Origin: a virus | Taxonomy: Duplodnaviria; Caudoviricetes | Direction: 5' to 3' (one strand) | DNA length: 43,277 nucleotides | IMG/VR virus record: IMGVR_UViG_3300033146_003420 | Span: 1 to 43,277 of that record | Part shown: in pieces, positions 1 through 9,944 of the stretch | Layout: every line of letters begins with the position of its first letter | Numbering within the stretch: the first letter of the stretch is position 1 | The notes under the pieces: model-generated | The model's database searches: none | Seen by the model: only the letters and a program-made list of their open reading frames with translations | Told to the model about the DNA's origin: nothing | Made by a program: the position numbers and the translations under genes

Positions 1-114
1 TAAATTAATTCAAACTGAAATTGTAAAAGATGTAAATGGTAATGAAGTTGAAGTTGAAGCAGGTTCACGGAAAGTCCATTTACAAGAATTAAAAGAAGCA
101 AAAACCTATGCTCT
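1..114. repeat. Terminal direct repeat, copy 1 (circular assembly overlap)
   Basis: 1-114 (TAAATTAATTCAAAC...CCTATGCTCT) is identical to 43164-43277. Confidence 0.97.
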
Positions 115-385
115 CTGGTATTTCCAAAAAGCAAAAGCAGAATATTTAGCATTAAAAGATTTTGCAGAAAACAATGAAAGACTCCCAATGCCAGAACCAG
201 TTAAGGAAGTGAAAAAAGTTGAACTGAAAGAAGAAGAGGTTATTAGTGAAGAAGATTTGGAAGTTGAAGTTAGCGAAGAGCAAGAAAAAGTTGTAGACGA
301 TAATGAAGAAGTTGAAAAAGAAGAAGAATATCCATCTGAACCAGTAAGTGAAGAAAAACCAACAGAAGAAATTTTAACTAAATAA
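2..385 (+). CDS. 3' part of an acidic hypothetical protein spanning the circular junction (starts at 43120; about 142 aa)
   Basis: The frame is open from nt 2 and continuous with the ATG at 43120 through the terminal repeat; Glu-rich C-terminus. Confidence 0.8.
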   Translation, partial: KLIQTEIVKDVNGNEVEVEAGSRKVHLQELKEAKTYALWYFQKAKAEYLALKDFAENNERLPMPEPVKEVKKVELKEEEVISEEDLEVEVSEEQEKVVDDNEEVEKEEEYPSEPVSEEKPTEEILTK

Positions 386-395
386 ATATAAATTT

Positions 396-581
396 ATGAA
401 AGATTTTTTTAAAACTAAAATAGGTAAAAGTGTTGAAAAATACCTATGGGAATTAGCAGTCCTAACTCTTGGACTGTTGTTTACTATCGCGACAGATTCG
501 AATGTTGTTTATTTGGCGATATTGACACCAATTATCACACAAGCGACTAAATGGATAAATGTAAATAAAATTAAAAATTAA
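396..581 (+). CDS. Small membrane protein, putative holin
   Basis: 61 aa with two hydrophobic segments, close to a putative lytic peptidase. Confidence 0.5.
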   Translation: MKDFFKTKIGKSVEKYLWELAVLTLGLLFTIATDSNVVYLAILTPIITQATKWINVNKIKN

Positions 582-582
582 T

Positions 583-831
583 ATGCAAATATCTAAAGAA
601 GAATGCAATAACAATCTTAAAATTATGGCTGAAAAAATCGATAAATTAAAAGATAATTTTAAATCTTTTGAGTTAAACCTAACAAAACAAATAGCAGAAC
701 TTCCACTGAAACTGGAAGAAAAGTTCGACGAAAGGTATGCGAATAAAAGAATTGAAAAAGGTTTCGACAAGATAATATGGATTGTTATAGCTGGAGTTTT
801 AATTGGTATTTTAAATTTGATAATTAAATAA
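583..831 (+). CDS. Coiled-coil protein with C-terminal transmembrane helix (lysis-cassette / XhlA-like)
   Basis: Helical N-terminus followed by IIWIVIAGVLIGILNLII. Confidence 0.5.
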   Translation: MQISKEECNNNLKIMAEKIDKLKDNFKSFELNLTKQIAELPLKLEEKFDERYANKRIEKGFDKIIWIVIAGVLIGILNLIIK

Positions 832-835
832 AAAT

Positions 836-1855
836 ATGAACAAAATAACGCATGAAGTAAAAAATTCAGGGTTTATACACGAAGAACCTCCTGTTGAAGA
901 TTACAAGGCGGTGCTAGGTGGAATTTCTAAATCCCCATTAAAAGAACCTCCTACAATTTTTAAAGACGGAATAGGATGGAAAGAGGTTTGGGCTGAATAC
1001 GATGTGGCGGAATTGCAATTCAACCGTAAATTTGATACATATTCTTGTGTTGTTTACGGTATAGCAAAAGCTACTTGCTTGTATCTTTATGAAGTTTATG
1101 ATATTAATATTACAATATCTGAAATGTATAATGCTTTTTTTGCCGATGTTGTTCAAAACAAAGGAACAACAGTTTCAAAAGGTTTTAAAAGTTTTCGTAA
1201 ACACGGATGGATAAGTGATAAAAAATATTCTTTTAATTATGAAACTACGGCAAAAGAATTTTTCAGAAAACCACCTAAAGAAATATGCATAAAAGCTGAA
1301 GGTTCTTTGTTGAAATTTGATTTTCATTATGAAGTATTAGAAAATAATTTAGAAACTATATTTGAAGCATACAAAAAAACCCCTGTTGTTTTATCTGGTT
1401 TTGCTTGGATTGGCTCCGACCTTGGAGTTTACTTTGACAATGGAAATACACCTAACCACGTTTTTTTAGGCTTAGAACCTCTTATAAACGGAAATAATCT
1501 AATTTCAGACACATATACTAAAAATTTTAAATACAAAAACGAATCAGAATTAAGAAGTGAAGACCTTTTGAAAGAATTAGACAAATCATTTAAATATGGC
1601 TCAGCTCACAGGTGTTGGGTTACGCTTAAAAAAGAAAAAAAATCATTATTAAATAAAACAATAGATATGTTAAAAAAAATAGGAAGAGATATTAGGGGCG
1701 GTTTATATTTTATCAAGGATGGAAAAAAACAAAAGATTGAAAATGGTTTCCAAGGATTTGCAGCACTTGTAGAAGAATTAGGCATTGACCCTAAAAACAA
1801 CAATGTTTCTGATGAGAAATTAGCAAAATTAAAAGATTATAAATTTTTCGGTTAA
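836..1855 (+). CDS. Papain-fold cysteine peptidase, candidate endolysin
   Basis: Q..(x7)..SC motif (ELQFNRKFDTYSCVVY) and a downstream PNHV histidine; follows holin-like genes. Confidence 0.55.
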   Translation: MNKITHEVKNSGFIHEEPPVEDYKAVLGGISKSPLKEPPTIFKDGIGWKEVWAEYDVAELQFNRKFDTYSCVVYGIAKATCLYLYEVYDINITISEMYNAFFADVVQNKGTTVSKGFKSFRKHGWISDKKYSFNYETTAKEFFRKPPKEICIKAEGSLLKFDFHYEVLENNLETIFEAYKKTPVVLSGFAWIGSDLGVYFDNGNTPNHVFLGLEPLINGNNLISDTYTKNFKYKNESELRSEDLLKELDKSFKYGSAHRCWVTLKKEKKSLLNKTIDMLKKIGRDIRGGLYFIKDGKKQKIENGFQGFAALVEELGIDPKNNNVSDEKLAKLKDYKFFG

Positions 1856-1866
1856 AATAAAAAAAT

Positions 1867-3270
1867 ATGAAAAACATAATACCAAAACTAAGAGTAAAAA
1901 GAGGTGAAACAGTAGGCAATGAATTGTTTATAAGTTTTCCTGAGCTTGCTACCAACGAGACATTTTTAACAACAGATTATGTTGCAGGAGTTTCGACATT
2001 TGCGGTAGAAAATGGATTAAAGTTTTCTGATGCAACTTATGTTTTTGTGAACAATAACGGAAATGATAAATGTGAAATAATTTTGATTAGCGGAGTTCCA
2101 ACAGTAAATTCTATAAGTTTAGCCACAGCTTCAGTTCACGCCCATAGCAGAGGTGAAGAAGTTAGATTTATACCATTTAACAGGATAGTAATAGAAAGTT
2201 CTGCAGACAACATTACATTTACAGAGTTAGGCACTATAGATATTAGACCTGATTCTGAAGAAACTTATTATGAACATGCCGCAGGAACTTCAACTACTTA
2301 TTACAGAATAAGATTTGAAAATGAAACTGATACAACTTATTCTACTTATTCTGATTCTGTTATTGCTACAGGGTATACGGCGAATTCAGCTGGTCAATTA
2401 ATCCAAACAGCACTTTCAGATTTAGGTGTGGAAATAGACGGAACATTGATAACTAAAAGATTTTTATTTGACGCTTTAAACGAGGGTAGAAGAGAAATTG
2501 ATGAAGATATAGGTATTAAAAGGTGGTCATTTAGAAGTGTTTTCAATCATAAACTTTATTCTATAATTCCTGGACAATATAAAGTTGCAGTGCCAACAGA
2601 TTTGAGAGAACCTTCAACAAATAAAAACATAACTTCAGTTAGGGTTGGAAGGGAAAATAGAAATTGTAACTATTTCGATCAAGAAGCTTTAGAAAGAGGC
2701 TATATGACCACTTACCATACAACATTAAATGGAAATATTCTTACCACTGATACTTCTGTAGTTTTAACAGGTAGTGGAGATTTTGACGAATCAGGTAGCA
2801 TTCAAATTGCTGGAGAAAGTGTTGATGAACCATTAGACAGTGTTGAATATACAGCTAATGCTGAAACTACAAATACAATCAGTGGAGTAACTGGAATCAG
2901 GGCCGCAGGACATTCTGACGGAGTTGAAGTTTGGCAAAATGCTGACTTCGGGTTACCTTTGAATTATACTGTTAATAATGGGTATATATATTTTTCACAA
3001 CCTTTTGACGATGACCATGCTGGTGAAAGTGTGTATATTAACTATTATAAAAAAATTATAGATATAAATTCTGATTCAGATGAACTTGATGAACCTTTTT
3101 ATAATATTTATATTTCATTTTTAAGGTTTAAAATAAAACAAAAGAAAGATAAAAAATTAGATTGGAAAAATGATATTGATTATATTAAATGGTCAACTAT
3201 GAAAAAAGCTCAAATTGAAAAAGAATATTTTGGACAAAAAACTCGTATTAATATAGACATACCTAGATAA
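1867..3270 (+). CDS. Head-tail adaptor / tail tubular protein A-like, with extra beta domains
   Basis: Helical adaptor-like segment (GQLIQTALSDLG...FDALNEGRREID...WSF); directly precedes the nozzle-like gene. Confidence 0.55.
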   Translation: MKNIIPKLRVKRGETVGNELFISFPELATNETFLTTDYVAGVSTFAVENGLKFSDATYVFVNNNGNDKCEIILISGVPTVNSISLATASVHAHSRGEEVRFIPFNRIVIESSADNITFTELGTIDIRPDSEETYYEHAAGTSTTYYRIRFENETDTTYSTYSDSVIATGYTANSAGQLIQTALSDLGVEIDGTLITKRFLFDALNEGRREIDEDIGIKRWSFRSVFNHKLYSIIPGQYKVAVPTDLREPSTNKNITSVRVGRENRNCNYFDQEALERGYMTTYHTTLNGNILTTDTSVVLTGSGDFDESGSIQIAGESVDEPLDSVEYTANAETTNTISGVTGIRAAGHSDGVEVWQNADFGLPLNYTVNNGYIYFSQPFDDDHAGESVYINYYKKIIDINSDSDELDEPFYNIYISFLRFKIKQKKDKKLDWKNDIDYIKWSTMKKAQIEKEYFGQKTRINIDIPR

Positions 3271-3276
3271 AAATAT

Positions 3277-4683
3277 ATGGCAAAATTAGCAAGTATACCA
3301 TTACCCTTCTATTCTGAAGGAATTATAAGAAGTGCTGCAATAGACGAGGTCGTGGCTTTGCCTAGCAGTGTAGGAATAGCTAAAAACATTAATTTCGATA
3401 GAATAGGAGCTTTTGAGACAAGAAAGGGAACAACTATAGTTGGTGCTGAAATAGTTGCTGCAACTCCAATTTTGGGCTTAAATAATTATATAAATAATGC
3501 GAATACTGTTTATAGATTATTGGCAAAAGTTGGAACAGTTGTTTATGATTTTAATGGAACTTCTTGGACTTCAAGAAGAACAGGGTTAAGTTCTTCAAGT
3601 AAAGCTAGATTTACAAATTTAGTTGATTATACTTTTATGGTTAATGGGAATAATGGTTTAGTATGTTCAACTTATAATGGTGGAGCCTTTGGTTCTACGA
3701 ATGTTGCAGATTTGCCTAAAGGAGATTTTATTGAGAATTACCGTTCTAGAATTTGGATAGCAGACAGTTCAGATGATAAAGTTTATTATTCAGATGTTGT
3801 TAATACAGATGGAACTATTTCAGGTGGAACTTCATTTTTGCAAATAAGTCCACAAGATGGCGATAAAATAACAGGATTAAAAAGATATTCTAATGCTTTA
3901 TTAGTTTTTAAACAAAATCATATTTATAGAATTTATAGTATTAATTCAACTGACCCTGACCCTTTTATAAATGTTGGAACATATTCTCAAGAAAGTATTA
4001 TTGAAACTAAAGATGGAATATTTTTTCATTCCCCTAAAGCCTTTTATCAATTTGCAGCTCAGCCTGTAGATATAAGTAAAAAGATTATTGATATTGTTGA
4101 AGCTATTCCAAGAGCTTATTGGGAAAGTATTTCATCTTGGGAAGATGGTGACCATATTCATTGGGCTATTGGGGACATAACTTTGGACGGTGTAAGTATG
4201 ACAAATATGGTTTGCAGGTATACTATTTCTAAACAGATTTGGACTTTGTACAGTTATCCGTTTAAAATTAGAAGTGCCTGTAAATATGACAGTGGAACAA
4301 CCTTAACTAATGTTTTAGGTGGAGATGTTGGGAAAGTCTATACTTTTGATTCAGGAAATGATGATGACGGAACTCCAATATTTTACAATGTTGAAACTCA
4401 ATTCTATTACTTGACCAATAATAAAACAGATAAAAAAGATATTAATGAAATGGTAGCTTTGTTTGAAAATGCTCAAGGTGCAACAATAAGTTACAAAATA
4501 GACAATGACAGTGTTGCAAAATGGAGACCGATAGGTCAATTAAAAAACGATATTTATGAAGTCTTGAATGTTGGAGCTAAAGGTTTCACAAGAATAAAGT
4601 TTAAATTAAGTGGAAATATTATAGGTAATTCATTTATTTTTAGAGGTTTTGAGATATTAAATTCAGAAAATTATGACATTTGA
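3277..4683 (+). CDS. Tail nozzle / packaged-DNA stabilisation protein (P22 gp10 / T7 gp12-like)
   Basis: 468-aa beta-propeller-like sequence (RIWIA..VYYSD..GDKITGL..LLVFK); podovirus gene order. Confidence 0.7.
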   Translation: MAKLASIPLPFYSEGIIRSAAIDEVVALPSSVGIAKNINFDRIGAFETRKGTTIVGAEIVAATPILGLNNYINNANTVYRLLAKVGTVVYDFNGTSWTSRRTGLSSSSKARFTNLVDYTFMVNGNNGLVCSTYNGGAFGSTNVADLPKGDFIENYRSRIWIADSSDDKVYYSDVVNTDGTISGGTSFLQISPQDGDKITGLKRYSNALLVFKQNHIYRIYSINSTDPDPFINVGTYSQESIIETKDGIFFHSPKAFYQFAAQPVDISKKIIDIVEAIPRAYWESISSWEDGDHIHWAIGDITLDGVSMTNMVCRYTISKQIWTLYSYPFKIRSACKYDSGTTLTNVLGGDVGKVYTFDSGNDDDGTPIFYNVETQFYYLTNNKTDKKDINEMVALFENAQGATISYKIDNDSVAKWRPIGQLKNDIYEVLNVGAKGFTRIKFKLSGNIIGNSFIFRGFEILNSENYDI

Positions 4684-6574
4684 TGATTTAAATTTAGACA
4701 ATTTATTAAATAAAAAAAATTATAGCTTGTTGACTGTTGCTGAATTCGACAATCCTTTAGTTGCTACTAACAGTCAAGAAGTTCCTAGTTCAGATGTTGT
4801 TTCTGGAGAAATGATTGGAGATTTTTTTATTACAAAAGGGTTTATAAGAAGTAAAGATTATGTTGATGGGAGTTCAGGTTGGACTATTAATGACGATGGT
4901 TCTGCTCAATTCTCAGATGTTACTGTAAGAGGAACAATTTATGCTTCTTTAGGTGAAATTGGAGGGATAGAAATAGGTTCTGATTATCTTCAATCTGATA
5001 ATTATGTTGGAGGATTATTAGGAAAAGGATTTAAATTAAGTTCAAATGGTGACGCTGAGTTTCAAAATATTAAAGCCAGAGGTAAAATTAGTACTTCAGT
5101 ATTCGAAAAAGAAACTATTTCATCAGTTGGTGGAAGTTTAATTGTTTCAGAATCAGATATATTGTCTTTAGATATGACATCAGCAGATAATTCAACTATT
5201 ACTACAGAAAATGTAGCTTTTGCAGTAGGAACTATTTTAAGAATAAAAGACGGAACAGATGATGAATGGTTAAAAGTTACTGCAGTTAGCACATACACCC
5301 ACACTGTTACAAGGGATTTAGAAGGAAATTATGCTTCTGGTTCTAATCCTGTTTGGACAAAAGGAACAGCAGTTGTGTCTATGGCTGAAACGAATAAAGG
5401 ATTTATTGAAATGAATTCTTCTAGTACGAATAGTCCGTATATGAAAGTTTACAAAAGAGATTCAGATACTTATAACGACATTGACACAAAAGTTGTAATT
5501 GGAAATTTAAAAGATAAAACTGGAGTAGAAGAATATGGGCTTTGGATAGGTTCTGGTGCAGCATATATTGCTGGATATAGGTTGTATGAAGCGGTAGTTG
5601 ATGTTAATGGTGACGGAGATTATTCTGATATCCAAAGTGCACTAGATGCTGGAGCTAAAAGAATATTCGTAAGAAGTGGAACTTATAATATTGCGTACAA
5701 TACAGCATTAGAACTTTCATCTGGAACTGTGCTAATAGGTGAAAACAAAAAAGACACAATATTATTGGCAGCTTCAAGCACTAATAAAGAAAATATAAAA
5801 ATATTCGGAACAGAAAAAACAGTCGCTGGAACCATTTCAGTTTCTTCTGGCAGTGATTCAGTCTCTGGAACATCAACTTCTTTTACAAGTGCTACAACTG
5901 GAGATTCTATAGACATAAACGGTGTTTTATATGAAATAGAAAGTATTACAGATGATACAACATTAGTGTTAACCAATATTTTTAGAGGAAGAAATGTTTC
6001 AGGTTATGCAACAAAAATATACACTGTTAAGAAAGACATATCTATATTAAATTTTACAATAATAATGACAGGGTTAGGAGGTGTAGCAATAGGTGATGGT
6101 GTAGAAAATTTAAGAATAGGTGAATGTATTTTTGATTCTACAATAGACAGTTCTTCTGGAGAACATATAAATTTAAAAGATTGTTACAGTTGTATTGTTT
6201 ACAACAATATTTTTTACAGAGGGCAAACAGGAATTGAATTAGATGGGAATTGCTTCAATAATATAATAAAAGAAAACACCATTGGGCAAGCAGTTACTAA
6301 CGGAATAAGGATGGATAATTTTAACGGTCAAGTGTCATATAACAAAATAAGCAATAACAATATATTAAATTTTAGCACTTACGGTATAATTGTTGACGGA
6401 GATAGAAATATAATATCTGGAAATACTTCTTCTAACGGAAATGGAACTGGGTTATCCGTTGCAACTGGAGCTAATTTAAATATAATTAGCAACAATATAA
6501 TTAATAACAATTCTACTGCTCAGATAACTGACAATGGCACTGGAACTGTTGACGACAACAATATAATAACATAA
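4673..6574 (+). CDS. Tail spike/fibre with C-terminal right-handed beta-helix (pectin-lyase/NosD-like)
   Basis: GDYSDIQSALD..IFVRSGTY motif, then Asn/Ile-rich repeats (NIISGN, NIISNN). Confidence 0.75.
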   Translation: MTFDDLNLDNLLNKKNYSLLTVAEFDNPLVATNSQEVPSSDVVSGEMIGDFFITKGFIRSKDYVDGSSGWTINDDGSAQFSDVTVRGTIYASLGEIGGIEIGSDYLQSDNYVGGLLGKGFKLSSNGDAEFQNIKARGKISTSVFEKETISSVGGSLIVSESDILSLDMTSADNSTITTENVAFAVGTILRIKDGTDDEWLKVTAVSTYTHTVTRDLEGNYASGSNPVWTKGTAVVSMAETNKGFIEMNSSSTNSPYMKVYKRDSDTYNDIDTKVVIGNLKDKTGVEEYGLWIGSGAAYIAGYRLYEAVVDVNGDGDYSDIQSALDAGAKRIFVRSGTYNIAYNTALELSSGTVLIGENKKDTILLAASSTNKENIKIFGTEKTVAGTISVSSGSDSVSGTSTSFTSATTGDSIDINGVLYEIESITDDTTLVLTNIFRGRNVSGYATKIYTVKKDISILNFTIIMTGLGGVAIGDGVENLRIGECIFDSTIDSSSGEHINLKDCYSCIVYNNIFYRGQTGIELDGNCFNNIIKENTIGQAVTNGIRMDNFNGQVSYNKISNNNILNFSTYGIIVDGDRNIISGNTSSNGNGTGLSVATGANLNIISNNIINNNSTAQITDNGTGTVDDNNIIT

Positions 6575-6590
6575 TTAACAATATAAACAT

Positions 6591-8024
6591 ATGGCAATAA
6601 ACAGTGGTATACAAAATTTAATAGATTCAAACAGAAAGTTATCATCAACTGATGTGAATAATTTATTTTATTATTTTTACGGAAAAAGTGCAAATAGTGC
6701 AGAACAATCTTATTGGGGTAAAAAAACATCTGGGCAACTTTCTAATGCATTAAAACCCAATGCAAAGCAATTTCAAAATGCTGGATATTACAAAGATGTA
6801 ATATCTGCAAAAACAAGCAACAATACAAGCAACAATATAAATACAAGCTCGAATAAAGAAAAAAGCAAAGGTTCTTGGAATATAACTGGAGCCTCTATGA
6901 ATCAAGACGGTTCTTGGAACAAAAAACCTGTTCTTACTGTAGATGGAAAAACTCTTAATTTAAACACTCCAGAAGAATATAGGGATAAATTAAATGAATT
7001 AAAAAGCAGTGGTTATCCTGGAACAAGTGACCTTAATAATCAATTAGGTTTTTTCAATAATTTTGTAGATTATTATCAATCTAGAAATGGGAATAATACA
7101 AAGCAGAAAAAAATGCAAGCAGTGATAGATAAATTTAATAAATACGGATATGAACCTAGTAATGACGACATAGAGTATTGGATGGATGAAAATAAATCGA
7201 ACGAATACGGGAATTTAGAAGATAATTTAAAGAGAAGAAAAGAGCAAAGTGGCGAAACTTTAGAAGAAACTTCTGGGAATGTACAAGATTTATCAATGTA
7301 TGATTCTTATATCAACAATGACGCTTTCTTAAAAGAACAATTTGAAGACCAAAATATAAAAGATAATTTTTCAAAAATGTCACCTACCTTGCAAATGGCT
7401 TATTTGCAAATGATGAAATCTTTGGGTGCTCAAGTTGAAGCTGGAAAAGTTATTAATCCTAATATTGAAATTACTCCAGAACAAGTTAAAAAATTTACTG
7501 ACCAAGCAATATCTGAATTAGACCCTTATTATCAAGAACAAATAAGTAATTACAAGCAAGATTTAGACACTTCTATTTCAAGGTTAACAGAAGATTTTGA
7601 AACTGGAGTTAGAAATGCTGAAGACCCTTTTAAAAGAAATTTAGAAGTTGTTGCAGAAAATGAAGCTCAGGCTGGAACAGTTTATGGAAGTGAAAGAAAA
7701 AAGAGAGAAGATATAAATGTACAAAACCAACAACAAGCTATTGATGAAGTTTCAAAGGGCTTAGGAAGAGACGTAGAAGATAGTTACACTAAAGCTGAAA
7801 GAACTTTAGGAAGTGATGTTTTAAGCGGAATAAAAACTCCAAAAATAGCAGAATATAAAGTTAGCAATCAAGGAATATCAAAAACAGGTTCAAGGGATTT
7901 GTTTGACCCAAAAGGAGGAATGATTGGTTCTTTGCAAAAAGAAAAAACTACAGCGGTTAAGTCGAGGTCTAGTGAACTTGAAGAAGATTATCGAAAACAA
8001 AGAATTTTAAATATTAACATATAA
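6591..8024 (+). CDS. Putative internal virion (ejection) protein 1
   Basis: Helical Q/N/E-rich 477 aa; first of three large ORFs after the tail genes. Confidence 0.5.
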   Translation: MAINSGIQNLIDSNRKLSSTDVNNLFYYFYGKSANSAEQSYWGKKTSGQLSNALKPNAKQFQNAGYYKDVISAKTSNNTSNNINTSSNKEKSKGSWNITGASMNQDGSWNKKPVLTVDGKTLNLNTPEEYRDKLNELKSSGYPGTSDLNNQLGFFNNFVDYYQSRNGNNTKQKKMQAVIDKFNKYGYEPSNDDIEYWMDENKSNEYGNLEDNLKRRKEQSGETLEETSGNVQDLSMYDSYINNDAFLKEQFEDQNIKDNFSKMSPTLQMAYLQMMKSLGAQVEAGKVINPNIEITPEQVKKFTDQAISELDPYYQEQISNYKQDLDTSISRLTEDFETGVRNAEDPFKRNLEVVAENEAQAGTVYGSERKKREDINVQNQQQAIDEVSKGLGRDVEDSYTKAERTLGSDVLSGIKTPKIAEYKVSNQGISKTGSRDLFDPKGGMIGSLQKEKTTAVKSRSSELEEDYRKQRILNINI

Positions 8025-8028
8025 TTAT

Positions 8029-9936
8029 ATGGCAAAATTAACTAGAAAACTTGATGGTTCTTATGTAACTAATGAAAATAAAAATGTTGGCGATTTAGAT
8101 GCTGCAGCCAGCAGGGGAAGTGAACTTGATAAAAAAAATGTAGACTATGCTACAAAAAACTATGGATACAAACCACCTGCAGGATACAATTCTGGAATTT
8201 CAAATGTTGACCCTATGTTGCCTACTACTCAATCTTTAGCACCTGAGGGTGTACCTGAACCAGAAAATGAATCAGATATTTTTAATTTAATGACTAGAGA
8301 TGCTTTGACTAAGTTTCAAGGTGTAAATACGGCAGATTTAGAAAAGAAAAAAAGGGCTTTACAACAAGCTGCAATAGGGAAATCTTCAGAAATTACAGAT
8401 GAAGATTTAAGAACTTTCAGTCCTGCACAACAAGCAAATATTCGTGCTGGGAATATAAAGGCTTTACAGCCTGAATTTGACGATGTTGCCTACAAATTAA
8501 ACAAGGCTCAGCAATCAACAACTAATTTTGAAAACACTTTTGAAAAAGTGATGGCTATAAATGCGGAATATGCTGAAAAAATAGTTGCACCTGAAGCGGT
8601 AATAGAAAATTACAAAGAATTAATTGAAGCCGATCCTCAAAATGTAAACACTTATTTAGCAAAAGTAAATGACAAAACCAGAGAAGCTATTCTTGGAGTT
8701 TTAGATTATTCAAAAATGAGCCCAAAAGAAGAAACAACAAAAGCCCCTTCGATTGATGACCAGTTGAAAGCTATGGAAGCAGGTTACGACATAGGAGATG
8801 ATGGCTTATTAGTTAAAAAACCACCTGAAATTTTAACTGAAACTGGAGCTATCGGAGGTCAATGCGGAGATTATTTGCATAAAATTGCTGGAAATATTCC
8901 TGCTATGGGGGATACATTTGAAGAAAAAATGAGAATGGCGAATATGTCTACTGCGAATTATGAAGTTGGAGATGTTTTAATTCAAAAAACTAACCAACCT
9001 TACGGACACGTTTCTATTGTTAAATCAGTTGACGGTGACACAGCAACCGTAATAGAAAGCAATTACGGTTTAGATGAAAAAGTTGGAGAAAGAACTATAA
9101 AAATGGGAGACCCTTCTATTCAAGGAGTTTATAGGGGTGCGGAATTAAAAGAACCAGAGGCAGATGACAAAATAGACGAAGACAGCAAAAGTATCTTAAT
9201 TGCAACTGGATTATCTTTGCCAGCATTTGGTTTCTTAACTAGAGGCACTAACGCTTTAACAAGAATGTCGGCTGACCAAAGATTACAATATATGGGTGAA
9301 GCTGAAGAATATTTGAACAGAACTGGAACTGACGTTGCGACTTTCCAAAGCCAATACAACGCTTTAAGCAAAACGGTTGAAGCCAACTCTTTAAGAAATA
9401 ATCAAGCTGAAGTTGCTGAAACTGAATTGATTGCTACTGTGGATAATTTAAGAACTGCTGCAGATGAAGCTGAATTTAAAAAATTAAAATTATTAAATGT
9501 GGCAAAACTTTTTGCTGGCAAAGAACTTAACGATGATGCTACAATTAAATATTCTTTTCATTTACAACAATTAAGAGAAGAATTTGCCATGTACAATATG
9601 GCTATAGCTGGTCAACTTGATTCTAACGGAAATATTAGAGAAATAAATGAATCGGATTATCGCAAAGCTGAAAGTATTATTGCGAACGGAATAGCGAAAG
9701 GCAGTTTGGATGGTTTCGAAAATGCATTGGTTGCTTCAATGGAGAAAATGAAAGTAGTTTTAGCAGACAGTATTGAACATCAAGATAAAAAAGTATGGGA
9801 ATTGTTTGGAGTTGGGGACAGTTACCAAGGAAGAGAAAAAAATGAAGAAACTATTAGGGTGCAATTAATTTCTAGTGGTGAAACTGGAACTATTCCAGCA
9901 AACGAATTTGACGCAAGTATTTATAAAAAATTATAA
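8029..9936 (+). CDS. Internal virion protein with CHAP amidase/endopeptidase domain
   Basis: GGQCGDY...GDVLI...PYGHVSIV...VIESNY: CHAP Cys/His/Glu motifs at about 8850-9140. Confidence 0.8.
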   Translation: MAKLTRKLDGSYVTNENKNVGDLDAAASRGSELDKKNVDYATKNYGYKPPAGYNSGISNVDPMLPTTQSLAPEGVPEPENESDIFNLMTRDALTKFQGVNTADLEKKKRALQQAAIGKSSEITDEDLRTFSPAQQANIRAGNIKALQPEFDDVAYKLNKAQQSTTNFENTFEKVMAINAEYAEKIVAPEAVIENYKELIEADPQNVNTYLAKVNDKTREAILGVLDYSKMSPKEETTKAPSIDDQLKAMEAGYDIGDDGLLVKKPPEILTETGAIGGQCGDYLHKIAGNIPAMGDTFEEKMRMANMSTANYEVGDVLIQKTNQPYGHVSIVKSVDGDTATVIESNYGLDEKVGERTIKMGDPSIQGVYRGAELKEPEADDKIDEDSKSILIATGLSLPAFGFLTRGTNALTRMSADQRLQYMGEAEEYLNRTGTDVATFQSQYNALSKTVEANSLRNNQAEVAETELIATVDNLRTAADEAEFKKLKLLNVAKLFAGKELNDDATIKYSFHLQQLREEFAMYNMAIAGQLDSNGNIREINESDYRKAESIIANGIAKGSLDGFENALVASMEKMKVVLADSIEHQDKKVWELFGVGDSYQGREKNEETIRVQLISSGETGTIPANEFDASIYKKL

Positions 9937-9944
9937 TAAAACAT

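Noticed and set aside
1-114. Biological terminal repeat of the virion DNA
   Set aside because: It falls mid-ORF and is most simply an assembler overlap; real termini cannot be inferred without reads.
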